Part shown: positions 9,312-19,725 of the stretch, piece after piece
Layout of the letters: each line of letters starts with the position of its first letter
Numbering within the stretch: the stretch's first letter is position 1
Origin: Bacillota bacterium
GTDB lineage: Bacteria > Bacillota > Clostridia > Christensenellales > DTU072
Direction of reading: 5' to 3'
Assembly (NCBI GenBank): GCA_009781445.1
Contig: WQYD01000004.1
Span: 6,768 to 70,767 of the forward strand
Length of the DNA: 64,000 nt
Made by a program: the position numbers and the translations under genes
Notes under the pieces: model-generated
What the model was told of the DNA's origin: nothing
Seen by the model: only the letters and a program-made list of their open reading frames with translations
Databases searched by the model: none

Positions 9312-10562
9312 ATGGCATTTAATCCTTTTAACGAAAAACCGATTAAGGTTGAAAAAGCATTGAGAAATTGGAAACAGCTTTATCCTGATAGCTATGATAT
9401 TAAAACGGTTGATCCTTACACCCGCGTTCGGGTGATTTTAATGAACGGCGCGGAATATGAATCCTCTTGGTTTTCGCACCACTTCCACCGCCATTGCAAT
9501 AACAATGATTTAAGGCGCGATCTTGCTTTAATGCGCCGTGTGGAACAGCAACAGCAAAAGCTGATTTCTTGCTTAAAACCGCTTAATGAATCTATTCTTG
9601 AAACCACAATCGGCTATGAACAAGTTGCCGTGGATTTAACCGCCACCTTAGCGCAAAGAGAACCCGATAAATATGTGAAAGAAGCCCTTGATTTTGCCCT
9701 TCTTGAGGACTTTGATCACCTTTACCGCTTTGCGGATTTACTTGAAATGGATATGGGGATTGAAGCAGAAAGAATAGTGGGCGGATACACCGAAATTATG
9801 CCGGGGCGTCCCACAATAGCGGAACATAGGTGTCCTTGTGACGATGTTCGGTATCCCATAAACGCAAAAACCGCAAGCCCGATAACAAAACTTAACATTG
9901 CAATAATAACTTCTGCCGAACAGCAAACAATGAATTACTACAATAATATTGCACCTTTTTATAAGAACGATTTAGGGCGGAAACTCTTCACTGAAATTGC
10001 AATGATTGAAGAACAGCATGTTACGCATTACGGCGGACTTCAAGATCCAAACGCTACCATGCTTGAGTGCTTATTAAACCACGAATACACCGAATGCTAC
10101 CTCTATTATTCCATGCTTCATGACGAAACGGATAGCAAAATCCGTGCAGTTTGGGAACGGCTTTTGGGGGAAGAAATTGCCCACCTGCACAAGGCAAAAG
10201 AAATGCTACAAAAGTACGAGGGGCGCGATTATCAAGAAGTGATTCCTAACGGCGAATTCCCCGAACTTTTAAAGCTAAAGCCAAATAAAGATTATGTGCG
10301 CGAAGTGCTTGCCAAAACCGTGTGGAAAACTTCGCATAAGGAAAAATATGCAGATTCACGCAAATTGGGGGCAGACAGCACCTTTGCAAAATACCAAAGC
10401 ATAGTAAACAAGAATGAAAAGACTGTGCCGAACCACATTGCAATTAGTAGCTACATTAAGCTAAATAAGCAAGATTACCGCTACGAGGACGCACCGCACC
10501 CGATAAAAGAGTTAAGAAACAGAAAGGCGGATAATACTGCGGTTGCGCGACCGCCATTGTAA
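9312..10562 (+). CDS. Ferritin-like / rubrerythrin-type diiron domain protein (hypothetical)
   Basis: 416-aa ORF with ExxH motifs (IEEQHVTHY, GEEIAHLHK) typical of diiron four-helix bundles. Exact family not recognised. Confidence 0.7.
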   Translation: MAFNPFNEKPIKVEKALRNWKQLYPDSYDIKTVDPYTRVRVILMNGAEYESSWFSHHFHRHCNNNDLRRDLALMRRVEQQQQKLISCLKPLNESILETTIGYEQVAVDLTATLAQREPDKYVKEALDFALLEDFDHLYRFADLLEMDMGIEAERIVGGYTEIMPGRPTIAEHRCPCDDVRYPINAKTASPITKLNIAIITSAEQQTMNYYNNIAPFYKNDLGRKLFTEIAMIEEQHVTHYGGLQDPNATMLECLLNHEYTECYLYYSMLHDETDSKIRAVWERLLGEEIAHLHKAKEMLQKYEGRDYQEVIPNGEFPELLKLKPNKDYVREVLAKTVWKTSHKEKYADSRKLGADSTFAKYQSIVNKNEKTVPNHIAISSYIKLNKQDYRYEDAPHPIKELRNRKADNTAVARPPL

Positions 10563-10727
10563 TGGCGGGTAGCTTCGCATGATGTCGCTATCGCTTATGA
10601 TGGTATGATGTCGGCTTTGCCTTATGATGTGTTGCTTTGCAACATTATGGAATGCTTAATATAATCCACCATGCGGGCTTGCCCGCCCATCATAAGCGTA
10701 GCGCCATCATATCATCATATCATCATT
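10563..10727. repeat. Family-B long hairpin element (core TAATCCACCATGCGGGCTTGCCCGC; arms built from CTTATGATG / CATCATAAG words)
   Basis: The arms are reverse complements. Homologous copies lie at 24576-25066 and 51800-51997 but use different arm words. Confidence 0.8.
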
Positions 10728-10747
10728 TATTTTGCGAAACCGCAAAA

Positions 10748-10780
10748 TAAAAAACCGCCTTTCGGCGGTTCTTTTATTTT
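10748..10780. terminator. Bidirectional rho-independent terminator
   Basis: AAAAAACCGCC-TTTC-GGCGGTTCTTTTATTTT between convergent genes. Confidence 0.8.
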
Positions 10781-10790
10781 GTGTTTTCGC

Positions 10791-13700
10791 TTAAATGTTC
10801 TTATTCGCAAGCATTAAATAGTTCGCATATCTTAGCTTTGCTTCTTTTTCGTTATCGTCAAAGAGTTTTTGGGCAAGTTCTGCGTCTTGTTTCTTTAAGC
10901 TGTTATACCTTGTTTCGTTTGCAAGGAATTCTTGGTAGCTTGCTGTGGGTTCTTTGCTGTCAAGAATGAAGGGGTTCTTGCCTTCGTCTGCAAGCGTGGG
11001 GTTATAGCGGTATAAGTGCCAATAGCCACAATCCACAGCTTTCTTCATTTCTGCCATGCTTTGGCTCATGTTTACACCGTGGTTAATGCAGGTTGAGTAG
11101 CAGATAATTAGGGAAGGCCCGTCATACGCTTCTGCTTCTTTAATTGCCTTGATAGCTTGGTTCATATCTGCGCCGATTGCGATTTGTGCCACATACACAT
11201 AGCCGTAACCCATTGCGATAAGCCCTAAATCCTTCTTGCGTGTGCGCTTTCCAGAGTAAGCGAATTTTGCAATAGAAGCCGTGGGGGTTGCTTTTGAAGC
11301 CTGTCCGCCTGTGTTTGAGTAAACTTCCGTGTCCATAACAAGCAGGTTTACATTTTCGCCAGAAGCAATAACATGATCTAATCCGCCGAAGCCGATATCG
11401 TAAGCCCAGCCGTCACCGCCGAATGCCCAAACTGATTTCTTCACAAGGCAATCCTTGTTCTTAATGATTTCCGCTTTAAGCGTTTGCGCCTTGCCGTCAC
11501 AATTGCATTCTGAAAGTGCTTCAAGAAGTGCGGTTGACGCTTTCTTGCTACCTTCGGCGTCCTCTTTACTCTTAAGCCATGCTTCGCAAGCCTTTACGCA
11601 ATTCTTGCAGGAAGCCTCAGCTTTAAGTTCGGTAATCCATTCTTCAAGCATTGCCCTTCTTTGGTTAAACGCAAGTGCCATACCGAATGAGAATTCCGCT
11701 GTGTCTTCAAACAAGCTGTTCGCCCATGCAGGCCCTTGCCCCTTATCGTTAGTTGTGTAAGGGTTGGAAGGATATGTTCCGCCGTAAATTGAAGAACAAC
11801 CTGTGGCGTTGCCGATAACCATTCTATCACCGTAAAGTTGGCAGATAAGTTTGATATAAGGTGTTTCACCGCAACCAGAACACGCGCCCGAGAATTCAAA
11901 TAAGGATTTTTTGAATTGGCTGTTCTTAACTGTGAATATATCTTTGATAGGTGCGTCTGTTTCAGGAAGCGCGTAAGCAAAATCCCAATTTGCGGATTCT
12001 TTTTCAATTGATTCCGCAATAGGCTTCATTTCAAGTGCCTTTTTCTTAGAGGGGCAAACATTTGCGCAAACACCGCAGCCCATGCAATCAAGCGGGCTTA
12101 TTGCTATGCGGTATTTATAGCCTTTGAAGCCTGTGGCGTCTTTCGTGTCAAAAGAAGCAGGTGCGCCTGCAAGCTGTTCTTCGGTTGCAAGCACAGGAAC
12201 TATTGTGCTGTGGGGGCAAACATACGAACATTGGTTACATTGAATGCAGTTTTCGTTAATCCAAACAGGTGCATTAACGGCAACACTTCTCTTTTCAAAT
12301 TTGGTTGTGCCTGAGGGAACTGTTCCGCAGGGGGTAAAGCAGGAAACAGGAAGTTTATCGCCCTCTTGAAGAAGAATGGGGGAAGCAACCTTTTTAAAGA
12401 ATTTGTCTTTGGTTGCGTGTGTGAACATTGTTGCGCCTTTGGTTGTGGTTGCCCAATCAGCAGGGATTGCCACTTCAAGAAGTTCGCTTGTTGCCCTGTC
12501 TATAGACGCATTGTTTGCGTTAACGATTTTTTCGCCCTTATGTCCGTAAGACTTTAAGATAGCGTCTTTCATATAGCCTTCAGCTTCTGCATAGGGCATA
12601 ATATCGGGATTAAGGAAGAAGAATGATGCCTGCATAACGCTGTTAATTCTTCCGCCAAGCCCAAGTTCCGCTGCAATTTTATTTGCGTTAATTGTGTAAA
12701 ACTTAATGTTCTTTTTCGCGATTTCGTTCTTAACTTTGGCAGGTAATTGCTTTGTCATTTCTTCGGGTGACCAAAGGCTGTTCAAAAGGAATGTACCGCC
12801 TTCTTTAAGGCTTGAAAGAATAGGATAACGGAAAAGGTAAGAGGGAACATGGCAGGCAACGAAGTCTGCTTGATCAATAAGATAGCTACTCTTAATGGGT
12901 TTATCACCGAATCTTAAATGGCTAACTGTGAAACCGCCACTCTTTTTACTGTCGTAAACGAAGTAACCTTGTGCGTATTTATCTGTGTGATCGCCGATAA
13001 TTTTAATGCTGTTCTTATTTGCGCCAACAGTTCCGTCACTGCCCAAGCCGTAAAATTTGCAACGGACTGTGCCTTCTGGTGCCGCGTTAATGAAATCTTT
13101 AATTTCAAGGGAAGTTCCCGTAACATCGTCCACGATACCAACGGTGAAGCCCGCTTTATTTAAACCGCCCATGTTATCAAACACGGATTTAATCATTGAA
13201 GGGGTGAATTCCTTTAAGCCAAGCCCGTATCTTCCGCCGATAATTGAAGCGGTTGTTTTGCCTGAAAGCGCAGCCACAACATCAAGGAAAAGAGGTTCGC
13301 CGAGTGAACCGGGTTCTTTAGTTCTGTCAAGCACTGTGATAAACTTAGCGGTTGCGGGGATTGCTTTCACGAAAGCGTCTACTGCAAAGGGGCGGTATAA
13401 TCTTACTTTTAAAACGCCTGTTTTTTCGCCTTTTGCGTTAAGGTAATTCACGGTTTCTTCCACCGCGTCTGCGCCTGAACCCATTAAGATAACGATTTTT
13501 TCGGCATCTTTCGCGCCCACATAATCAAACAAATTGTATTGCCTGCCTGTGAGTTTGGCATATTTGTTCATGTACTTTTGAACAATAGCGGGGGTTGCAT
13601 CGTAATATTTATTGCAGGCTTCCCTGTTTTGGAAATAAACATCGGGGTTTTGCGCTGTGCCTTTTTGTGTGGGGTGTTCGGGGTTAAGTGCGCGTGCGCG

Positions 13701-14306
13701 GAAATCGTCTACATCGGCGATATCCACGAGGCTTTTGAGTTCTTCGTAAGAGGGTGCGTCAATTTTGCTTACTTCGTGGCTTGTTCTGAATCCGTCAAAG
13801 AAATGCAAGAAAGGAACTCTTGACTTAAGTGTGGCGAGGTGCGAAATAGCCGCTAAGTCCATTGCCTCTTGCACAGAGTTGGAAGCAACCATTGCAAAGC
13901 CGGTTTGACGGCAAGCCATAACATCTTGGTGATCGCCGAAGATATTTAATGCTTGGGCGGCAATTGCTCTTGCGGAAACATGGAAAACCGTGGGCCAAAG
14001 TTCGCCCGAGATTTTGTACATATTGGGAATCATTAGTAGCAAACCTTGGCTTGCTGTGTAAGTGGTGGTTAAAGAACCTGCCGCAAGTGAACCGTGAACA
14101 GCACCCGCCGCACCCGCTTCGCTTTGCATTTCGGCAATTTTTACCACTTGCCCGAACATATTCTTTTCGCCCTTTGAAGCCCATTCATCGGCGTATTCCG
14201 CCATGTTAGAAGACGGCGTTATCGGATAAATAGCCGCCACCTCGCTAAACGCATACGCAACATAAGATGCCGCATAATTGCCGTCTATAGTCATTTTTTT
14301 ACTCAT
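10791..14306 (-). CDS. nifJ: Pyruvate:ferredoxin (flavodoxin) oxidoreductase, single-chain
   Basis: 1171 aa. Two 4Fe-4S motifs (CIQCNQCSYVCP, CMGCGVCANVCP), TPP-binding GDGWAYDIGFGGLDH, and a typical N-terminus MTIDGNYAASYVAYAFSEV. GGAGG RBS. Confidence 0.97.
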   Translation of the reverse strand: MSKKMTIDGNYAASYVAYAFSEVAAIYPITPSSNMAEYADEWASKGEKNMFGQVVKIAEMQSEAGAAGAVHGSLAAGSLTTTYTASQGLLLMIPNMYKISGELWPTVFHVSARAIAAQALNIFGDHQDVMACRQTGFAMVASNSVQEAMDLAAISHLATLKSRVPFLHFFDGFRTSHEVSKIDAPSYEELKSLVDIADVDDFRARALNPEHPTQKGTAQNPDVYFQNREACNKYYDATPAIVQKYMNKYAKLTGRQYNLFDYVGAKDAEKIVILMGSGADAVEETVNYLNAKGEKTGVLKVRLYRPFAVDAFVKAIPATAKFITVLDRTKEPGSLGEPLFLDVVAALSGKTTASIIGGRYGLGLKEFTPSMIKSVFDNMGGLNKAGFTVGIVDDVTGTSLEIKDFINAAPEGTVRCKFYGLGSDGTVGANKNSIKIIGDHTDKYAQGYFVYDSKKSGGFTVSHLRFGDKPIKSSYLIDQADFVACHVPSYLFRYPILSSLKEGGTFLLNSLWSPEEMTKQLPAKVKNEIAKKNIKFYTINANKIAAELGLGGRINSVMQASFFFLNPDIMPYAEAEGYMKDAILKSYGHKGEKIVNANNASIDRATSELLEVAIPADWATTTKGATMFTHATKDKFFKKVASPILLQEGDKLPVSCFTPCGTVPSGTTKFEKRSVAVNAPVWINENCIQCNQCSYVCPHSTIVPVLATEEQLAGAPASFDTKDATGFKGYKYRIAISPLDCMGCGVCANVCPSKKKALEMKPIAESIEKESANWDFAYALPETDAPIKDIFTVKNSQFKKSLFEFSGACSGCGETPYIKLICQLYGDRMVIGNATGCSSIYGGTYPSNPYTTNDKGQGPAWANSLFEDTAEFSFGMALAFNQRRAMLEEWITELKAEASCKNCVKACEAWLKSKEDAEGSKKASTALLEALSECNCDGKAQTLKAEIIKNKDCLVKKSVWAFGGDGWAYDIGFGGLDHVIASGENVNLLVMDTEVYSNTGGQASKATPTASIAKFAYSGKRTRKKDLGLIAMGYGYVYVAQIAIGADMNQAIKAIKEAEAYDGPSLIICYSTCINHGVNMSQSMAEMKKAVDCGYWHLYRYNPTLADEGKNPFILDSKEPTASYQEFLANETRYNSLKKQDAELAQKLFDDNEKEAKLRYANYLMLANKNI

Positions 14307-14394
14307 TAGGAAACCTCCGTATTTTAATTGGAAATATTTGATAAATCAATTATAGAACATGAGAGGGAAGGAAGTCAACAAAATTATTTAGGAT

Positions 14395-14534
14395 ACAGGT
14401 TGCAGGGGGCAGGGGGCAGGGGCGGAATTTTATTAATTCAGAATTAAGAATTCAGAATGCAGAATTATGGATTAATTAATAATGAGATTTAGAATCCTTC
14501 CCTGCAACCTGCCCCCTGCAACCTGCAACCTGCG
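14395..14534. repeat. Mosaic hairpin element: (GCAGGNN)n ... (ATTCAGA)n ... core 14481 ... (CTGCAAC)n
   Basis: Read directly. Confidence 0.85.
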
Positions 14535-14575
14535 TAAAATATCTATTGACACGCGCGCACTAATATAATATAATA

Positions 14576-16810
14576 ATGTTAATGAAACGCATTTCTTTGG
14601 CTGTATCTATCGTACTGCTTATGTTTTTTGCGCTCTCGGCGTGTTCGGGGGGCGCGTCTTTTGTTGCCGATACCCTGCTTTCGGGGGTGGCAGATAGCCT
14701 CAATTTAAGCCAAAATGATATTACAAGCGGTGAAAACGGCGTAAAAAGCCCAAGTAACGCACCAAGTTTGCCAAAAAATAATGACGAAGACGAAGAACCC
14801 ATCGTTGAATTTACCGCATTTTTTATCACATTTGGCGGAACTAATATTGAACCTATCATTTGCGCCGTTCTTGAAGAATATATGATTCCCTTGCCCACGC
14901 GCTTCGGTTTTGTGTTTGAGGGTTGGTTTTTAGAGGAAAATTTTTCAGGAACAGTGGTTTTCAATGCGGATAACACCAAATTTTATATGCAGGATAACAC
15001 CACATTTTATGCAAAATGGGGGCTTGATATAGTGCAGGAAATCCGCACCGTTGCCCAGCTTAAAAATATCGCTAACCCTAATAATGTGAGTTCCATGGCG
15101 CAAAGGTATCGGCTTATGGCAAATATTGATTTGCGCGGTGAGGCTTGGGAACCTCTTGGGCAAAGCATTAGCCGTTCTGAGGAAAGAGAGGGCAAAGTAA
15201 AGCAAAACCGTTCTGCCCTGCCCTTTACAGGTTCATTGGACGGTAACGGCTTTTCAATTATCGGCTTAAGTTTAATGCCTTTAGGCCCCGAAGAAAGGTT
15301 TAATCATTTATATTACGGGCTTTTTGCGATAATCGGCGCAGGCGCGGTGGTGCAGAACCTTCATTTTTCTTCCGTCCGCATAGAACTTGACGGCGGATAC
15401 TCAAATTTTTACATTGGCGCGCTTGCAGGCAGGCTGGACAGAGGAACTGTGCGCAACTGCACCGCAACAGGCGTACGCATTAACAACCCCGAACTTAAAT
15501 ATGAAGCAGGGCTTTTAGACGACTTCTTTTTTAGTTCCGCCACCCCCACAAGCAGTGCGTTTATCGGCGGGCTTATAGGCGGAATCACAGAGGGAACAGT
15601 GGAAAACTGCGCCGTGCTAAGCGGAAGCGTTATTTCTAAATCTGTGGCAGACGGCGTCTTTGTGGGCGGGCTTGCAGGCTTTAATTGGCGCGGAATTATC
15701 AGAAGATCAACTTCTGCCGTGGCGGTTGAGGGCAGATACGCAGGCGGGCTTGCGGGATACAACAACGGACGGATTTATGATAGCGACTCTTCGGGCAGTG
15801 TTCTCGGAAGTATCGCATATCCTGCCGTGGCAGGCGGACTTACCGCTTATAATGATATAGACGGCGAGATTTTAAGAAGTTTCGCGCGCGGAAGCGTGAG
15901 GGCGCGCACCGCAGGCGGGCTTGTGGGAATAAATATGTACAATTTCAGCCTGAACGCACCGCCGTCCACAGGTGGCGATCCCATTGTGCGCGCGCTTGGC
16001 TTGGATAATGAAAGCCTTGGCAACGGCACAGGCGGAATTATCAGCAACTCTTACGCTTCGGGCAATGTTACCGCAAGCGAGTACGCTGGGGGGCTAATAG
16101 GCAGGGCAGAAGCCAAAGTTCCAGTGAACGGTGCTTGGGCAAAAATCCCCGAATTGGACGCAGACGGCAATTTTGCTAAAGACGAGGACGGAAATGTTAT
16201 TTATGTGACGGACGAGGACGGCAAACTGATTTACGAATATCAGCTTAAAGAAGAAAGGTATTTTATTATAAACTGCTTTGCGTTCGGCAATGTGGTGGCA
16301 TACGCGGAAGAAATAATGTTTAAAAACTCTCTTGGAAATTGGGTTTTAAGCGTGGGTGTTCACCACACCGTGTTTGCAGGCGGGCTTATCGGACACGCGG
16401 TTGAACCCGCAATCACAGGTTCGGGCGCATTCGGCAATGTGCTTGCGGAATCCAAACGCCCTGTGGCAAGCGGTGATTCCTTTGTTTTCAACACGGCTTT
16501 TGCGTCTAACACAATCGGCAGAAGTTCTTCCGTTTTAACCTATTCGCGCCCTGCCTCTGATTATTATTTTATGCCTATCAGAATGCTTGTGGGTTCAGCC
16601 GAACAAACCGTGCTAAGAAACGGCATTCCGTTTGAAGGCTTTAACGGCTTTAACTTAAGCCCCTCTCTTTTAGCAAGTGCGTTCACTTCCGCTTTCTTCA
16701 CAGGTTCGCCCACGGCGTCCACCCCCGGCATGGGCTTTTCAAGCGCGGTTTGGGATTTTTCAAATACCGATATTGAAAATAAAATTTATCCAAGGCTGAT
16801 AAGGAATTAG
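14576..16810 (+). CDS. Surface lipoprotein with a Listeria-Bacteroides-type repeat and multiple GLUG motifs
   Basis: Lipobox FFALSAC. FGFVFEGWF...TFYAKW repeat. Many GGL(I/A/V)G motifs (GGLIGG, GGLAGF, GGLAGY, GGLTAY, GGLVGI, GGLIGR, GGLIGH). LPFTGSLDGNGFSI motif. Confidence 0.85.
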   Translation: MLMKRISLAVSIVLLMFFALSACSGGASFVADTLLSGVADSLNLSQNDITSGENGVKSPSNAPSLPKNNDEDEEPIVEFTAFFITFGGTNIEPIICAVLEEYMIPLPTRFGFVFEGWFLEENFSGTVVFNADNTKFYMQDNTTFYAKWGLDIVQEIRTVAQLKNIANPNNVSSMAQRYRLMANIDLRGEAWEPLGQSISRSEEREGKVKQNRSALPFTGSLDGNGFSIIGLSLMPLGPEERFNHLYYGLFAIIGAGAVVQNLHFSSVRIELDGGYSNFYIGALAGRLDRGTVRNCTATGVRINNPELKYEAGLLDDFFFSSATPTSSAFIGGLIGGITEGTVENCAVLSGSVISKSVADGVFVGGLAGFNWRGIIRRSTSAVAVEGRYAGGLAGYNNGRIYDSDSSGSVLGSIAYPAVAGGLTAYNDIDGEILRSFARGSVRARTAGGLVGINMYNFSLNAPPSTGGDPIVRALGLDNESLGNGTGGIISNSYASGNVTASEYAGGLIGRAEAKVPVNGAWAKIPELDADGNFAKDEDGNVIYVTDEDGKLIYEYQLKEERYFIINCFAFGNVVAYAEEIMFKNSLGNWVLSVGVHHTVFAGGLIGHAVEPAITGSGAFGNVLAESKRPVASGDSFVFNTAFASNTIGRSSSVLTYSRPASDYYFMPIRMLVGSAEQTVLRNGIPFEGFNGFNLSPSLLASAFTSAFFTGSPTASTPGMGFSSAVWDFSNTDIENKIYPRLIRN

Positions 16811-16813
16811 AAC

Positions 16814-17362
16814 ATGACGCCTTTTGTTGCCGAAATCCCCATAAACAAATCGGATTTTTTAATCCTAAATGCCTATTATTTAAGGAAGTATATAGGATTA
16901 AGGGAATTTATCCTGCTTGCGGTTTTGTTTACGCTTGGTTCTTTGCTTTACTTCATGTCCGGCTTGCCGTTAATTTTTATCCTTGCGTGCGTTACCCTTG
17001 GTGTGATTTTCCTTGGGGTTTTCGTTTTTATCTTCACTTCCGTAAAAGGATATGATTTAGAATTTACAAAACGGGGCGCGTACAAATGGCAAATAAAATT
17101 TTACGAAGATACATTTGAAGTTACCCAATGCGAACGCGATAAGGATTACAACGAAACGCGCAAATACCAAGATATTGAGAAACTTGCCTTGAAAAAGGAT
17201 CGCGTATTCATTTACGGCAGTGCTTCCGTAATGTTTTACATTAAGCACAACCACTTCACAGAAGGGGACTTTGCTAACTTTTGCGAATTCCTAAAAACCA
17301 AAGTAACCGCAGAACAATTGAGAATGAAGAAACGCAGGAAAAAGCGCGTAAGGCACTTTTAG
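16814..17362 (+). CDS. Membrane protein, YcxB-like (two TM helices plus a C-terminal domain)
   Basis: 182-aa ORF 3 nt after the upstream stop, with two N-terminal hydrophobic helices. Family call tentative. Confidence 0.65.
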   Translation: MTPFVAEIPINKSDFLILNAYYLRKYIGLREFILLAVLFTLGSLLYFMSGLPLIFILACVTLGVIFLGVFVFIFTSVKGYDLEFTKRGAYKWQIKFYEDTFEVTQCERDKDYNETRKYQDIEKLALKKDRVFIYGSASVMFYIKHNHFTEGDFANFCEFLKTKVTAEQLRMKKRRKKRVRHF

Positions 17363-17382
17363 CGCATAGCGTGCGCAACACT

Positions 17383-17575
17383 AAATATAAAATATAAAAT
17401 ATAAATTACGGAATTATTATCTTGGGATTAGGGATTAGTTGCTTGGGATTAGAGTTAATAAATCCAACATTCGTAAATCGTAAGTCGTAAGTCGTCATTA
17501 CTCTTGAGTGAGATTTAGAATCCTCAATTTATATTTCATATTTTATATTTTATATTTTTCATTAATTCTGAATTA
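17383..17575. repeat. Mosaic hairpin element: (AAATATA)n, (GGGATTA)n, (CGTAAGT)n, core 17506, (TATTTTA)n; paralog of 39343-39597
   Basis: About 190 nt, nearly collinear with the element downstream of dnaN. Confidence 0.85.
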
Positions 17576-17579
17576 AAAC

Positions 17580-18170
17580 ATGAACACATTCGTTTACAAA
17601 CTCTCAACTTCCCTCTATATCAACCTCACCAACCGTTGTTCTAACGATTGTGTTTTTTGCGTCAGGAATTTAAGTGATTCTCTTGGCGGTTATGATTTAA
17701 GGCTTTCGCGTGAACCCTTAGCAAGTGAGGTGCTTAACCTCATTGAAAAGGAAAGGGATTACAGCGAAGTCGTTTTCTGTGGCTACGGTGAACCCACCTG
17801 CTGTTTTGATACTCTTATTGTGATTGCTTCCGCTTTAAAGGCACAGGGCGTTAAAACGCGCCTAAACACTAACGGGCAGGCAAATTTAATTCTGAAGCGC
17901 AATGTGGCAAAAGAACTTGCCTCTGTTATAGATATTATCAGCATAAGTTTAAACGCGGTATCAGCGGAAAAGTATCAAGAGGTTTGCAAAAGTGAATTCG
18001 GTAAAGACGCTTTCGGTGCGCTTTTATCATTTGCAAAGGAATGCGCTGAGGCAGGCGCAAAAGTAATTTTAAGCGCGGTAGACATTTTAAGCGAAGAAGA
18101 AATCCTTTCCGCAAAAGAAATCGCAAAGACTGCGGGCGCAGAATTTAGATTAAGGGCGTTAATTGAATAG
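17580..18170 (+). CDS. Radical SAM protein (small, TatD-associated-type)
   Basis: CxxxCxxC cluster CSNDCVFC near the N-terminus; 196 aa. Confidence 0.8.
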   Translation: MNTFVYKLSTSLYINLTNRCSNDCVFCVRNLSDSLGGYDLRLSREPLASEVLNLIEKERDYSEVVFCGYGEPTCCFDTLIVIASALKAQGVKTRLNTNGQANLILKRNVAKELASVIDIISISLNAVSAEKYQEVCKSEFGKDAFGALLSFAKECAEAGAKVILSAVDILSEEEILSAKEIAKTAGAEFRLRALIE

Positions 18171-18172
18171 TC

Positions 18173-19072
18173 CTAACTTTTGCTTGCGTTGTCAAGGAAA
18201 TAGGAATAGCTACTTAGCGTTATCATTTCATTCACATCTTCAAATAGATAATTTGTGTATTCCTCGCTTGCGGAAGCCGTGTCCACATCTGTGAGGTAAA
18301 GAATGTTTAGGCTTAAATCGTCATAGCTAAATTTTGAAATCTGCTTGGATAAAAATTTAGAAAGCGCATCGCAATAGTCTGCACTTTTAACCCCTTTGAA
18401 GTTTGAAAACAATTTTTTTGCGTTTTCGTGAAGCCCTTGTTGGGCGGAATATAGCACTTCTTCAGGCCCGTCCGACATTAAGATAATTCCCTTAAGCTCC
18501 TTAAATTCCCCCGTGATTAGCCTTAGGTGTTTTTCCGCATCTGCCCCTGTTATGAAAAAAGTTATATTGGGCGCACCGCCGTTTTCGGGGGCAGATAGCA
18601 CTCTTAAAGAACCCTGCGCGCCCTCACTCATAAGCGCGCCGATAACCCCGTCCCCGATATGCCCTAAAAACAATTTTTCGCCCTTCACCGCCACGAACAA
18701 AAGCGTGCAGGGAAGTTCGGTGATACTCTCACCTTTTGCCACCTTTTTTGCTATTGCGGTTTGCACACGGCTAACTATTTCTTTCTTTAAATCCGCCATG
18801 TCTTTTTGGTATTCGGCATCTGTTTTTAGCCCTGATTCGGCACGCATATAGTAGCTGTCAAATTCAGTTGCCATAAGTTCGCAAATAGCCAAAACCGCCT
18901 CTTCCGCACCTGCCTCAGAACGCGGTTTTGAACCTGCCCCGTCTGCAAGCGAAATGGCGTGTACGCCACCCTTTTTCACATATGCAATCCTGTCTTGGCA
19001 GGGCTTATTTCTTTCCTTATGTTCCTTGCCGAGTACCACTGCGCCTGCTTGAATCCACTTCTTAATTATCAT
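18173..19072 (-). CDS. PP2C-family (PP2C_2-type) protein phosphatase-like protein
   Basis: N-terminal CQDRIAY...AISLADGAGS and HIGDG motifs. Its start overlaps the vWA stop (ATGA). Confidence 0.75.
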   Translation of the reverse strand: MIIKKWIQAGAVVLGKEHKERNKPCQDRIAYVKKGGVHAISLADGAGSKPRSEAGAEEAVLAICELMATEFDSYYMRAESGLKTDAEYQKDMADLKKEIVSRVQTAIAKKVAKGESITELPCTLLFVAVKGEKLFLGHIGDGVIGALMSEGAQGSLRVLSAPENGGAPNITFFITGADAEKHLRLITGEFKELKGIILMSDGPEEVLYSAQQGLHENAKKLFSNFKGVKSADYCDALSKFLSKQISKFSYDDLSLNILYLTDVDTASASEEYTNYLFEDVNEMITLSSYSYFLDNASKS

Positions 19073-19725
19073 AATTTTGCAAACCCCTCTAAGCCCTTTT
19101 TATCAAACCTCACACCCCTATTCGGCTGTGTGGTTATGCGGATTTTTCCCGCCTCATAAACCCATTTTAAGAATGCGTCCGCACTCATTTCTTTAAGCAC
19201 AAGCGCCCGTTTGTTTATGCTTATCGGTTCAATTTTCACGGCTACTGAATCACTTAAAAGAAAGGGCATATACAAGAGTTTCCCTGCCTCGTCCCATTCC
19301 TTTAATTTGTCCGCAGTCTTGGAAACATCGTCCACGGAATGCCCGTCCGTAAGTATAAAAAGCCAAGGCTTATAGCTGTCCTCACCAAGTTTAATTAGCT
19401 TTCTTTTTCTTGCCGAAATTCCTTGCAAGGATAGTTCAATCGCCTCAGATAAAAACGGCGCGCGCCCCTGCTTAATGGGTTCAGAAACCTCATCGGTAAA
19501 CTTCTTAACAGTCTTTGATTTCGGGGTGTCAAACACGGTAAGCTGTAATTCAATGTAATCACTCAGCCCCTCATTCTTAATGCTTTCCGTAAGCGAATTG
19601 AAACTTGCGATAAAATTATTTACCTTAAGCCCTTGGGTAGAAAAGCTGTTGTCAAGAACAAAAGCTATCAGCAGTTTTAAGTTTTTGTTTATGTCGTCAA
19701 TCATATGTTTTTTAGTTTCCTTCAC
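19069..19725 (-). CDS. von Willebrand factor A domain protein (TerY-like)
   Basis: MIDAS DxSxS motif (VLDNSFS) and LFILTDGHS. GTG at 19725, or ATG at 19704 preceded by GAAGGA. Confidence 0.8.
   Translation of the reverse strand: MKETKKHMIDDINKNLKLLIAFVLDNSFSTQGLKVNNFIASFNSLTESIKNEGLSDYIELQLTVFDTPKSKTVKKFTDEVSEPIKQGRAPFLSEAIELSLQGISARKRKLIKLGEDSYKPWLFILTDGHSVDDVSKTADKLKEWDEAGKLLYMPFLLSDSVAVKIEPISINKRALVLKEMSADAFLKWVYEAGKIRITTQPNRGVRFDKKGLEGFAKL

Noticed and set aside
11455-14209. Multiple 60-140-aa ORFs on both strands inside the pyruvate:ferredoxin oxidoreductase gene
   Set aside because: These are shadow ORFs of a confidently identified 1171-aa gene, and their composition is not protein-like.
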